Below are positions 1-12,224 of a DNA stretch of 64,000 nucleotides, piece by piece. The notes under the pieces were generated by a model. It was not told the origin of the DNA. It did no database searches and worked only from the letters and a program-made list of their open reading frames with translations. Positions within the stretch are counted from its first letter, which is position 1. Every line of letters starts with the position of its first letter. Origin of the DNA: Octopus sinensis (lineage: Eukaryota); the NCBI RefSeq assembly GCF_006345805.1, contig NC_043010.1:62186001-62250000 (forward strand), in the 5' to 3' direction. A program made the translations under genes and the position numbers.

Positions 1-81
1 TATATGTGTTTGTATGTATATTTGTATATGCATATATAAATATGTAAGTATATAGATGTATATATAGTTACATATCTACCT

Positions 82-117
<36 letters not shown>

Positions 118-140
118 CCTATCTATCTATCTATCTATAT

Positions 141-575
141 CATCGTCATCATCATCATCGTTTAACGCCCATTTTCCATGCTAGCATGGGTTGGATGATT
201 TTGACTGGGGACTAGCGAACCAGATGGCTGCACCAGGCTCCAATCTTGATCTGGCAGAGTTTCGACGGCTGGATGCACTTCCTAACGCCAACCACTCCAA
301 GAGTGTAGTGGGTGCTTTTACTTTTATGTGCCACCAGCACGAGGCCCAGTGGGTGCTTTTTACGTGCCACAAGCACGGTGGCCAGGTCAGGTGGTACTGG
401 CAACGACCTTGCTTGAATCTTTTTACACATGCCACCGGCACAGGTGGCAGTAAAGCGATGTTGGTAATAAGTCACACTCGAATGGTGCCCTTTTACATTC
501 CACTGGCATGGAAGCCAGTTGGCTGCTCTGGAAACGATCATGCTTGGATGGTGCTCTTGGCACCCTACTACCACG
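141..575 (-). mobile_element. Family B: RTE-type 3' tail element ending in (GAT)n
   Basis: Shares GGTTGGCGTTAGGAAG.GCATCCAGC and CCAACCCATGC...TTAAACGATGATG with more than 12 other copies in the window. Confidence 0.8.
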
Positions 576-1014
576 GGCACACACACATATACACACTCAC
601 GCACATATGTATATGTATATATATATATATATATGTATGTATATAAACATCAAAATGTTTTGAATGCACTATAATACAGACAATGGGTTATATACCTTTT
701 GTAATTTAGTCATCCATAGTCTCATATGATATTTCGGAATATCATATATATATATAAACATACATGAATACATGCCTACCTACCAACTTATCTGCCTACG
801 TGCATACATGCATACATACACACACACACACACACACATGTATATATATATATATTGTGTGTGTGTAGTTTTAAGGGGTAGGCTGGATGACTGCAGTGTA
901 AGACACACAGGAATCAGGGTCCATTAGGTGTGGCTGACAGTATTTCTACCAGGGTAACTCTGTAGGGTACCATTACATTTTGTAGTGGAGCTAGAGGGTG
1001 GGGTGCAAATTGAC

Positions 1015-1109
1015 CCCAGAGGCTATAGTAGAAGACACTTGCCCAAGGTGCCACGCAGTGGAAATGAACCTAGAACCATGTGGTTGGTAAGCAAGCTACT
1101 TATCACACA
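1015..1109 (-). mobile_element. Family A SINE head fragment
   Basis: Matches the tRNA-like head and CCTTGGGCAAGTGTCTTCTACTATAGCC of the full-length copies. Confidence 0.75.
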
Positions 1110-1179
1110 TAATTCTATGTTCTGTACGTGCACCTTTGATGAGTTGTAGTGCACCTGAGTACCATACCCAATAATTTCA

Positions 1180-1558
1180 TTATTGCCTCTGCCTTAGCGA
1201 AGGGGCGGAGGTGTTGTTTTTCAGTTATGTTTGTTTGTTTGTTTGTCCATGGATAAGATATCTCAAGAACTGCTGGATAGATTCGGATGAAACTTTCAGA
1301 GATGTTTGGTCTTATGACTGGCACAAACTGATTAGCTTTTGGGATCAATCTGGTACTGGACAAGGATTCTGGATTATTTTACCTGTTCTTTTACTTCATT
1401 TTTGAGAGTGGTCGTATTCATTATTAGCATTCTCATTTGTGAGAGCAATCGAGTTTATTTCAGATATTCTCATTTTAAAAATCATCTCCGGCTAATTGTT
1501 GAGAGGACGTTATTGTTGCCTTGGTGGAGGTTTGCGCTCTCTGAGTGCTCTTGTAATT
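1180..1558 (+). mobile_element. Non-autonomous Helentron-associated (HINE/DINE-like) element
   Basis: Degenerate subterminal inverted repeats (gcctctgccttag / ccttggtggaggt), an internal (GTTT)n tract, a 3' hairpin gcgctctctgagtgc, and T-rich ends. This matches the known HINE architecture. Confidence 0.6.
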
Positions 1559-1959
1559 ATTATTATTATTATTATTATTATTAATAATAGTTTATGCAAC
1601 TCCTATTAAATGTTTTGAGTCTTTCTTTCATTTCTCTACTCACCCCCCCCCCCACCCACTCACATACACATGGATATATGTATAGGTAGGTACATGCTTA
1701 TAATGTGTGTGTGTGTGTGTGTTGCATGTGAGTTTCAGTCATTGGACTGTGGCCATACTGGAGCAGCAGCAGCCTTAAGTGTTTCTGTCAATGATGCTGA
1801 AGTGTGCACTTCGTCTTGTGTGGTTGTTTCCAGCTGCCTCATGGCATGAAAGATGGAGGTCGATGTAAAGGGAGATAACTCTGTCAGCCGTTAATACCTG
1901 CAGGGCGTTTCTGTTTGAATGTACTGGTTCTCAGTTAACACACACACACACACACACAC

Positions 1960-2149
1960 TCATACATAGATATATAGATAGAGAGAGAGAGAGATAGATA
2001 GATATATAGATATGTAGATCGATATATATAGATAGATAGACAGACAGACAGGCAGAAATAGCTGTAGATATACAGACAGACAGACAGATAGATATAGATA
2101 ACTAGATATATAGAAAGAAAGAAACAAAGAAAAAGATAGATAGATAGAC

Positions 2150-2215
<66 letters not shown>

Positions 2216-2236
2216 TTGGACAAACAGATAGATAGG

Positions 2237-2271
<35 letters not shown>

Positions 2272-2385
2272 ATAGAAAGATAGACAGACAGACATGGTTA
2301 GATAGATATGGATAACTAGATATATAGAAAGAAAGATACAGAGAAAGAAACAAAGAAAGATAGATAGATAGATAGACGGATGGAT
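1960..2385. repeat. Compound (GATA)n/(GACA)n microsatellite
   Basis: Directly visible; it produces the SIYL-repeat artefact ORFs. Confidence 0.95.
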
Positions 2386-3070
2386 GGGTGGATTGTGTCC
2401 TCTCTGTCTAGCATAAGAACCCAATACTGAAACAGTTTAGGATACAAGGGCCCACAGCTTTTCAATACCTTGCCAATGGACCTCATAGATCTTTGAAGCA
2501 TGGATATAAATAGAACAAGATTTTGTCAGGAGGTGTGTTTGAAATAAACTAACAATCACACTGATGGCAGTGCTCTAGCATGGCCTCAACCCCTGGCTGA
2601 AACCAGTAAAAGATAGCATATATAAAAGACACACACACACACACATTTACATATTTATGTAAAAACCAAAACAGAGAAAGTGTCCTTTTGTAAATATAAA
2701 ACCAAAAACATGAGAAGCCTTGACCCCTTTCTTCTCAGTTTTACTCACCATACCATTGCCCTTGATCAAGACACAAGGGAGAGGAAAAGACTGCTTGCCC
2801 TTCCCAGCTGAAAGAATACAACATGATGATTCTTATGTACGCTGGATCAAGGATTGTTTGATGCAGCAAAGCTTCGACTCTGAATAATAATAATTCCTTT
2901 TCATTTTGGCTTAATGCTTGCAGTTTTGAGGGGAAGGGCAAGTTAATTATATCAACCCCAGTATTAATAACTCTTACTAACCTAAAAGCAATGACAGGCC
3001 AAGCCGACCTTGGCAGGATTTGAACTCGGAACATAAAATGCCAGAAGAAATGTCACTAAGTATCTTAGCA

Positions 3071-3660
3071 ATAATAATAAATGCCCTGATGCAGTACCAG
3101 GCAGTGGCTCTCATGGCTTCTGATGGTAACTGATTGGAAGTGTTATCATGTACATTGTTTTGTCTTGGTAGAAAAGATGGGCTACAGCAAATATTCTGCT
3201 CAATATCACAGATTTGCTTGTCAGTTGTTTGACCATAACCAGTTGAGCATGTCCCTTGGTGGCTGACGATATGTGCATCTCTGATCAGGAGCAGAAGTAG
3301 TGGGGGAGCATCATAGCCATGTGTTGAGAGGGATTCTTTGGGGTTTGAATAATTCACCTCTGGAGACATGGGTGTTTCATTCAACATCCTTAAACAACCC
3401 TTATTCAGGGACCTTTTGAGTGGGATGGACTACTCGACCTGAAGAAAATTCTAACTGGGCCCCACCTGCAAGGTCATGCGCTGTTTATCTTGATATGAGA
3501 TCACCATGTCGTGCACATGTGGTTGTGATGCATGTGCCTGATGTACCCTTATCAGACGGGTAGTCATGATGGGTATACTGGGCTTTGTATATTTTACCCC
3601 AGTGTCCCTTTGATGGCATGCACTGCTCTCTCACTTGATAATAACAACAACAGCAATAAT
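3071..3660 (+). mobile_element. Family D, ~570-bp unclassified interspersed element, copy 1
   Basis: Collinear with 27044-27593 and 35559-36174; (AAT)n-like tracts at both ends. Confidence 0.85.
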
Positions 3661-3964
3661 ATGGAAGAAATTGTAAAAAGTCTTTTGGTGCCTCAGATTC
3701 TAGACTCAATTCTACGTTTATTCACACCATTGAATAAGAATGTGACCTTCATTTGTTTCCAAGACGCACGGTCTTCTTTCACTCTGGTTGTAAGAAATCT
3801 TCTTGGCAGCCATAAAACAGATCACTACTCTGAACCAGTACAGAACATCTTTTCTTCTTTCTGCCATCTTGGCAGTAGTGTGAACCTCAAAGGGCATTAT
3901 CTCCACAGCTACTTGGATCATTTCCAAGACAACCTTGGTTGCCTAAATGATGAACATAATGAAC

Positions 3965-4157
3965 ACGGTGGCATGTAAAAAGCACCCACTACACTCTCAG
4001 AGTGGTTGGCGTTAGGAAGGGCATCCAGCAGTAGAAACACTGACAGATCAAGATTGGGGCCTGGTGCAGCCATCTGGTTCACCAGTCCTCAGTCAAATCG
4101 TCCAACCCATGCTAGCATGGAAAGCGGACGTTAAACGATGATGATGATGATGATGAT
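3965..4157 (+). mobile_element. Family B 3' tail copy
   Basis: Ends GGAAAGCGGACGTTAAACGATGATGATG. Confidence 0.85.
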
Positions 4158-4712
4158 CTAAGAACTATGGAACCAGGACCCCAGGGACACATATTATGGT
4201 GGATTACTGCTGGATCATTCAGTGTGATTGTCGTTGGACATATCACTACAACAAATCTCTGAAACACCACTTTCACGAGATGTTTGAGGAAATAAATATT
4301 GTACCATAAACTTCTTATGCTTCTTTCACTTATTATCCAATTCTATGGATGTTATTTAATCATTGATAAACATATTCTTCTTGTACGAAACCATTTTCTT
4401 AATCCAAAAGCAGCATTAAAGATTTGTGGTTATCATTCTTCGTGTGCAATCGGTCGTATGCTTTGCAATTAGGTGGAGAACATATTTTGATAACCAGAGC
4501 TGATGGACTAGAGACAGGTCTTAATACCTCAGGCACCAAATTCTGTGTGATAATAATAATTTGCATTTAATGAAGTGTCATCAGACAGCAAATAGCTTCC
4601 TCATACATCAAACATTAAATATCTTGTTCAGACATAAGACATTTTCATGAGACACATCAAACATCAGATCTAAGTACATACATATATATATATATACACA
4701 CACATATATATG

Positions 4713-5011
4713 TGGGTACAGGACATCACCAACAGTAATCAACATGAAATATGAAAACAAATGAGTTCAATATGCAAATGAGAGAAAGAAATGGAAAACA
4801 GGACAAGTAACATAAAGAACGACCCTTCATCAGTTGTCGGCTGTCCACCTACACCTCCTTGTTGTTCAATGCTCGAAACGAGGAGTAGATAGGCAGCCAA
4901 CAACTGATGAAGGGTCGTTCTTTATGCTACTTGTCCTGTTTTCCATTTGTTTCTCTCATTTGCATATTGAACTCATTTGTATTGGTATTTCATGTTGATG
5001 TCCTGTACCCA
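4713..5011. repeat. Inverted repeat (arms ~130-140 bp), each arm carrying CTGATGA; possible Penelope-like remnant
   Basis: 4713-4852 is the reverse complement of 4884-5011 apart from indels; the spacer is about 30 bp. Confidence 0.8.
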
Positions 5012-5079
5012 TATATGTGTGTGTATATGTATATATATATATATATTTATATACACACACACACATATATATATATATG

Positions 5080-5120
<41 letters not shown>

Positions 5121-5183
5121 TATATTATTATTTGATTGAATGCCATGCATCCATTTCTAAGTAAGTTTATATATATATATGTA

Positions 5184-5822
5184 CTAGCAGTATCGCCCGG
5201 CGTTGCTCGGGTTTGTAAGGGAAATAACTATATAAGCATTTTTAGAGAGTTATAGCCAAAAAATAGCAAAAAATGCATTAAAAATGGAAAAAATATGATG
5301 GTAAATTTTTTGAAAAATCGTTGACTCATCGTAGACATTTTTAGAGAGTTACTTCCCTTATATAATAGCGAAAAAATGCATTAAAAATGGAAAAAAAACG
5401 ATGGTAAATTTTTTTTTAAATCGTAGACTCATGTAGACGCTTTCTTAGCCATTTCTGTTTTGGTGTCTTCAAGCCATGAAGTCGTTGTTCTAAAAGAACG
5501 CTGGTCTCCTTGACAACGCATTACGACATTGATTTCCTTACACTCCCTTCCCCACAGGTGCAGGTGTGAGCGTGGACGCCAACTCCGCCGCCATCGACAC
5601 ACGAAAAATTATGCATTAAAAATGGAATAAAAAATGATGTTAAATTATTTTTAAAATCGTAGACTCATCGTAGACGCGCGCTAATACTCAGACGGGCTCG
5701 ATATGAATCACGACTATAAGCTACCCGAATTTGGTTAAACTGCATCGCAAAATGTGGGAGTAGTTAGGAATCTAAATCGAAGGGGACAGACACTCTCACA
5801 ACTACAGTTTTATATATATAGA
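5184..5822 (-). mobile_element. Non-autonomous Helitron, 639 bp, apparently complete
   Basis: The minus strand starts TC and ends with a GC hairpin (CCCGAGCAACGCCGGG) followed by CTAG. It is inserted between A and T and carries three internal ~110-bp repeats. Confidence 0.85.
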
Positions 5823-6649
5823 TATACATAGCGCAGTAGTGGTGAGATGTGACAGCAAAGAAAAGTATACATTCACTCTCTGCATGCAATTAGACTCGGA
5901 AAGTTCGTGAGGAACCCATTGGCCCAATTTGCTGACTTTTCCGATAGCACACAGGTCTCAATGAATGGTTGAATGATCAAATCCAAGCTTCTCTGCTAGT
6001 TCCTCAACAGTTACGATGAGATTTTGTTCCACCAGGGTTTTCAGGATGTCCTTGTCGAGTTCTACAGATCTTTCAGGATGAGGCTCGTCTTCTAGGCTGT
6101 TCCAATATAGCTTTGAAAAAAATAGCTGTTAAAATCGAAATGCACTCTTCAAAACTTGCACTATGAATAAGGACAAGATAAAATTACTACCTGCTTTTAT
6201 AGCAAGTTAATATAAGTAGTTTATCCCATTCCCCTCTGACTTTTAGTTCAAGCTGTTGAAAAAACCGCATTATTATATATATATACATACATACATACAT
6301 ACATATACACACACACTCTCTCTCTCTCACACACATGCACACATTTATATTCTGTTATTCTTTTATATGTTTCAGCCTTGAGGTTGTGGCCATGCTGGAT
6401 CATGTGTGTGTGTGTGTGTGTGTCTATCTGTCTGTATGTATATATGTATATGTATGTGTGTGAACAATAATATTTTCAACAGATGTGTTGCAAATGTATC
6501 TGATTGTTCTCAAGCTTCAATACTGTGTGTGTGTGTATGTGTGTGTGTATGTATGTATGTATATGTATGTATGTATATGTATGTATGTATGTATGTGTGT
6601 ATGTATGTATGTGTGTGTGTATGTATGTGTGTGTGTATGTATGTATGTA

Positions 6650-6686
<37 letters not shown>

Positions 6687-7221
6687 ATGTATGAGTGTAT
6701 GTTTACTTTATTACTAACACAAGCCATTTAATGTAAAGTCTTCCTCAAATCACTATCTCTGGCTATTTACTCTCTTCCAAGAACATTTTCACTCACACTT
6801 ATGTGTTAGCTTCCCATACATTTTACTCATGTATCTATCAGCGTGATAGAGAGAAACAAATATTACATCTAGTTTCACTTTATTCGTTGCCCACTGTGTG
6901 TGTGCGTTTGCGTGTGGTGTAAACCAGACTAAGAAAAGCATTTGACACACACACCAGAATGTGAGTTTTCTGTAAATTTTGCTTAATTGGAGTTTAAATT
7001 TTAAAAACTGGACCTGGCATGACGCGATGCATTGTACTCTTAAAAATGCGAGGTAAATTGTAATTGAAGAAATCCTATATTGTAGATTTGTATAACTCCC
7101 AAAGGGAGGCAGATAAAATCTGCCTTTTATAATAAGAGATGTATTGATAGAAATGGTAAGACAACAAAAGAATGAAAGCGACCTCGATATTATGTAAATA
7201 GAGGAATTTATCTGTAAAAAA

Positions 7222-7397
7222 ATATATGATAATTATTCGGTTGCCATGATACAACTCTGAGTTTCAGATGTCGGGGTGGAAACCTGCTCTGGCATCTCGT
7301 CAGTTGTTAAGACAATAATAACTGATGAGATGCTGGAGCAGATTTCCGACCTGACATCAGAAACTCGGAGTTTTATTATGGCAACCAAATAATTGTC

Positions 7398-7405
<8 letters not shown>
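7222..7405. ncRNA. Palindromic element with two outward-facing hammerhead-ribozyme-like motifs
   Basis: Plus arm: CTGATGA 7322-7328, GATG/CATC stem, GAAA 7360-7363, ACTC-G-GAGT, 7-bp stem I. The minus arm has the equivalent motif with CTGACGA. Confidence 0.55.
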
Positions 7406-7428
<23 letters not shown>

Positions 7429-8034
7429 TTATTAAGCATCAAACGTTAAATATGAAATAATCAAGGCGAAAAACACAGTTCTCAGTCAAATACATGATAT
7501 TATTTATTAGCTAGTTTGAGTAGGAGGGACAGGCCCATAGTCCTTTCAAGTCATTCAACGATAATATGGTGAGAAATAGGGGGATAAGTGATGGTGTGGA
7601 GAAGATAAAAGTACAGCTTGTGGTCGTTTAGGGTGGTGTAAGGAAAGACACAGAGAGAAAAGGGCCGGGAGTAATAGAATTTGGAGTGGAAGCATTGAAT
7701 AAAAGTCTGCAGGGAAAAGTGGAAGGTTGTTGTTGGTGGAGGTGGTGGATTGTAATGAGACAGTATTGAGGCAGAGATACAGAGCCAGGAAAGGAGAGCA
7801 TCTCAGAGACAATGAAGTTTTGTACAGGTGGGTGGTGGGGGTGGGGAATCCTTTTAATGGTGTATCTTAAAGTGAGTATCACTCTAAATAACAGTTTGTA
7901 ATATACTGGATTTGAAAATCCCCTTGAATGTAAAAAAAAAAAAAATGCCCACCAAAGGCAACCTGCAGAACTGAACCACCCATCTTTATAAATCCTGCAA
8001 GTAGCCATTCAGTCTTTTTCCATCCAAGGCAATT

Positions 8035-8262
8035 TTAACCCTTTAGTGTTTAAACCGGCCAAATCTGGCCCAGATATTCCACATGTTTTATGTTCAAACT
8101 GGCCATATCCAGCCTCTCACACCTAACCTACACTGACATTCTAAAAATAAACAATCACATCATTGAAACCTCAAAGCTATGAGATAATGCTTGATTAATT
8201 CAAAACAATTTGAATGAAAAATTATTACATTTAACAGAGTAATCTGGACACCAAAGGGTTAA
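8035..8262. mobile_element. Family H piggyBac-like MITE
   Basis: TTAACCCTTT...AAAGGGTTAA termini with TTAA; homologous to 62490-62710 and 63188-63416. Confidence 0.8.
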
Positions 8263-9679
8263 CCAAATGATTAGCTTATTTCTCATTCAAAGAGATTCTT
8301 TCTTTGTATTTTAACTCTGCAATGAGTGTTTCCTTCCAAGGTGGGACAGTTTTTGATTTGGTTGTTTAGTCCAGGTAAGCTTTGATCAGGCAGATCTGTC
8401 ATCCAAGGCCTCTCAACCCTGATCATGTTTTTTGGGGGGGGGAGGGGAACTGAATATATCCTAGGAAAGGACCACTAAGATAAATTGGGTTAAACAGAAT
8501 AAAAGTGCTTTTGGGTCTTCGAAGAAGGGATCCTGTCAATATTCAAGGGGGCTGTGAGGGTTTTAAAAAAATTTTTGAGGGAATGAGCCCTGTAGAAAGT
8601 CCCAGACCCGTCTTTGGTTCTGCAGGCCCCAAGGGGATTTACTGGCCGACACCTCACACACTTCCCTAGCTTTTACAAGCCCTGCCCAATGAGCCACATT
8701 ATCCAAATGCATTATTCATTTTGAATGTAGTAGGGTGAGATTTGTGACAGATTTGGTTGCTATTTCTGGCAGGTTGAGTGACAACATAGAGGCCATCCCA
8801 CACGGTATTTTGAAGGCAGTGGTGTGTTGTGGGATTGTGGTGGGGTAGTGAGACAGTAGGAGGATAAAGATTGAGAGTGAGAGAGAGGAGAAGAAGGACC
8901 ATTAAGTTGTAGTTTAACACCAGGTCAGCCCAAATCTAGCCAGTTACAAGGATATAATCAAAGGATGTCCAACCATGACAGTCCCATTTTTCTAAAGGTG
9001 AGAAGGACTACCTTATACAATACATCACCTTTCCTATTTTAAGACAGTGTGGTGTGATTTGAGGGACATTATGCTGCTATGTCTAACGACCAAGTCATGG
9101 CTGTAGAAACACCCAACAGGATGGGTAGAGACAGGGGTGGGGAGGAAAGAGACATAAAGAGAAGGAAACATTGGTGTGTATAAAGACATTTATACAGGTT
9201 CAAGCCCAGTTGGGAGCAGCTGTTGTAATTGTGATATATATTTACTTAGGGATTGTTTTAGCAATCCCCCCAACCATCCCCAATCACATAGTTGTGGTTA
9301 CAACATCACATGATGATGATGATCATCATCATCATCGGCAGTTTGCTTTCTAATCAGCATCATCAGATTCCCCAATTTAACCTGGTTGTGAAGCAAGTGA
9401 GAGGAGTTAAGCTGGAAGCTGGGAGGAGAAGAGGAACAGTGATTTGGTCACACTTGCTGACCCACAAACAGAAGGATGTTGGGGTCCAGAGTCAAAACAC
9501 CCTATGATCGTTGGATGCTGTCTGTTGACATCAATTCCTCGGGGCCAAAGCTCCTTTCACTTGGGTGAGTGGAAAAATTCATTACTATGTTCTCTCACTC
9601 TCTCTCTTTCCTTTCCCCTCCAAATCTCATATTCTGGATACACCACTGGGTCAAAGGTGAGGGAAAGAATCAACCCCAA

Positions 9680-9998
9680 GACTTGGTCTTTTGTTTTTAA
9701 GCCTGGTACTTATTCTATTAGTCACTAATGCAGAACTGCTAGGTTATGGGGGTGTAAACACACCAACACTGGTTGTCAAGTAGGGGTGCGTGGGGTTCAC
9801 TCATACACACACTTGCACACACACACACACACACGATAGACTTCTTTCAGTTTCTAATTGCCAAACCTCCACACCCAAGGCTTTGCAGGGATCAACACTA
9901 AAGTGGAAGACAATTGCTCAGGATGCAATGCAACGGGACTGAACCCAGATCCATGTGGTTGAGAAGCAAGCTTCTTACCACACAGCCACACCTGCGCC
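9680..9998 (-). mobile_element. Family A SINE, diverged
   Basis: Collinear with 34487-34888. Confidence 0.75.
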
Positions 9999-10725
9999 TA
10001 TGTTGTTTCTTCCCATCCCAAAGCATCAAGATTGATGTTTGGGAGGGTGAAGTCAACTTTATGAGGAGTTGAACTCAGACAGGGTAGAACTGACACTAAA
10101 TAACTCTAAAACACCTAGTCTGGTGCTTTATCGCTTCAAACGAGCCTTCCTGACTGTGTTTAACGATTTATCTCGTTTATACAGCATTTAGTGCACAATA
10201 ATGTTGTGGGAAAGAGGTGTCTCTAATGGGTCAATCAAGGGCTCACTGCATTTATAAATGATGATGGTGCCAAGGGAGTGTCTGTATAACTGGGGAAGAG
10301 CAAATAATACAAGGTACTTCAGTTCAAAAGCATCAGTTGATCATTTTCCTCAATACTTTTACATTTTTCACAAATATACATCAAAGAAAGATACACATAG
10401 CCATATAAAAGATAACACATACAATGTGTGTGTGTGTGTGTGTGTACATATATATATATATTTATATATATGTACATGTGTGTGTGTGTATACATATACA
10501 TATATATATATATAACTATATATATATATATACAATTTTATTAAAGCTGAAAAGAATCTTCACAAACTGTTACTCAAAGATTCCTGTGATTCCATCTTTG
10601 GTCTTTCGAGTACTATTTTTTCCACCTCGTTTCACATCTCCTATGCACTTACATGTGTGTGTATAGACACACACACACACATATATACATATACATGTAT
10701 ATGTATATATCTCTATCTATCTATC

Positions 10726-10757
<32 letters not shown>

Positions 10758-11087
10758 TATATATATATATACACATACACACACACATATATATGTACAT
10801 ACATATATATATATCCACACACATATATTTAATTAAGTATGTATATATTGATTGTTCTTTAGTTAGAATCGCATTGACAGTGTCTTTGAGGTTTGGGCCT
10901 GCTAAACCATCATCGGACTGGCTTAGCAGGACAAAGTCACTGTCATCCTTCTTCTTTTTAATGAATAATAAATGTCTTTTTACTCTACAAAATGTATTAA
11001 GTAAACTTCAGTCTAATGCAAAACTGCTTTTATTATAATTTAACATAAAACACACATCAATAATATATGTTCTTATATACATATACA

Positions 11088-11123
<36 letters not shown>

Positions 11124-11881
11124 TATATATCATCATCATCATATATATATATATGTATGTATACAGATATATATATATACATGTATATATACATATTCAT
11201 ATATATATATATACATACATACATATATATATGTATATATATATACATCTATATGTGTGTGCATGAGCATGTGTGTGTGTATATGCATGTATATATGTAT
11301 GTATATGTGCATATATATATATATATATATGTATACACACATATATATATGGGATCTTTGAAAATACCTCATCTTCTCCGACCACTCGTGGAAATCCACC
11401 ACCACCACCACCATCTCCACCACCACCAGGTAACAACTCTGGGCAGGACCTTTTGCATTCCTCTGTCCACTTTAGGGAGAAGAAAAAGAAAACAAACAAA
11501 CAAACAAAAAAAAAAACAGACCGTCTACACAAACACTCATACCATCCCTCCTCCACCTTCACCTCCTTCTCCTCCTCCTCCTCCTCAAATGTACATCATT
11601 TCATCGTGTAATAATAATGTTCCGGGTTCAACTCGCGTTGAGGACAACCTAGATCATCGGGGGGGGTGTGTGTGCCCTAAAAATATAATGGTTGACATCA
11701 CAGTGTGGGGAAGATAACAAGTGGGAAGCCTGTGTGTGCCCTAATAACATGGCCACTCACAGAAGGTGGGCAACTAAAGCTGGGTTAGGGGCTTCCATGA
11801 CAAAGACATCTTAATGATGTTAGGGGACAAATATAAAGTGAAGAAGGTTTATACTAAAACGGTTGAGAAAACGAAGCTTGT

Positions 11882-12087
11882 GTTTCTATGGGAACTGGTG
11901 TGTTACCATAGTAACTTTGGTACAGTAATTGGTATGTTACCATAGTAACTTTGGTGCAGTAAATAGTGTTACCATAGGAACTTTGGTGCAGTAACTGGTG
12001 TGTTACCATAGTAACTGGTCTTAACATGATAACTGGTCTGTTACCATGGTAACTTTGATACAGTAACCAGTGGGTTACCATTGCAAC
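11882..12087. promoter_or_regulatory. Tandem cluster of seven X-box (RFX-type) palindromes
   Basis: GTTWCY-AT-NGNAAC 14-mers start at 11882, 11902, 11936, 11968, 12002, 12040 and 12074. Confidence 0.55.
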
Positions 12088-12224
12088 TTTGGTGTGTTAA
12101 CTGATGCGATATGTGTGTGTGTGTGTGTATGTTACAGTCATAACATTTTCTGACCCCAAGGGTCAAAGGTGACATTGTCAATTGATTCAGGATTCAATAT
12201 TAGAAATCTAGAGAAAGGGGTCTC

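Noticed and set aside
3255-3300. CTGACGA...GAAG in family D as a possible hammerhead
   Set aside because: GAAG replaces GAAA, and there is no stem III/UH or stem I pairing.
3532-3978. 148-aa ORF
   Set aside because: Spans the junction of family D and flanking DNA, with no recognisable domain.
11067-11717. 216-aa ORF and the many YI/CV/HT-repeat ORFs throughout the window
   Set aside because: Translations of (TA)n, (TG)n and (TATG)n microsatellites.
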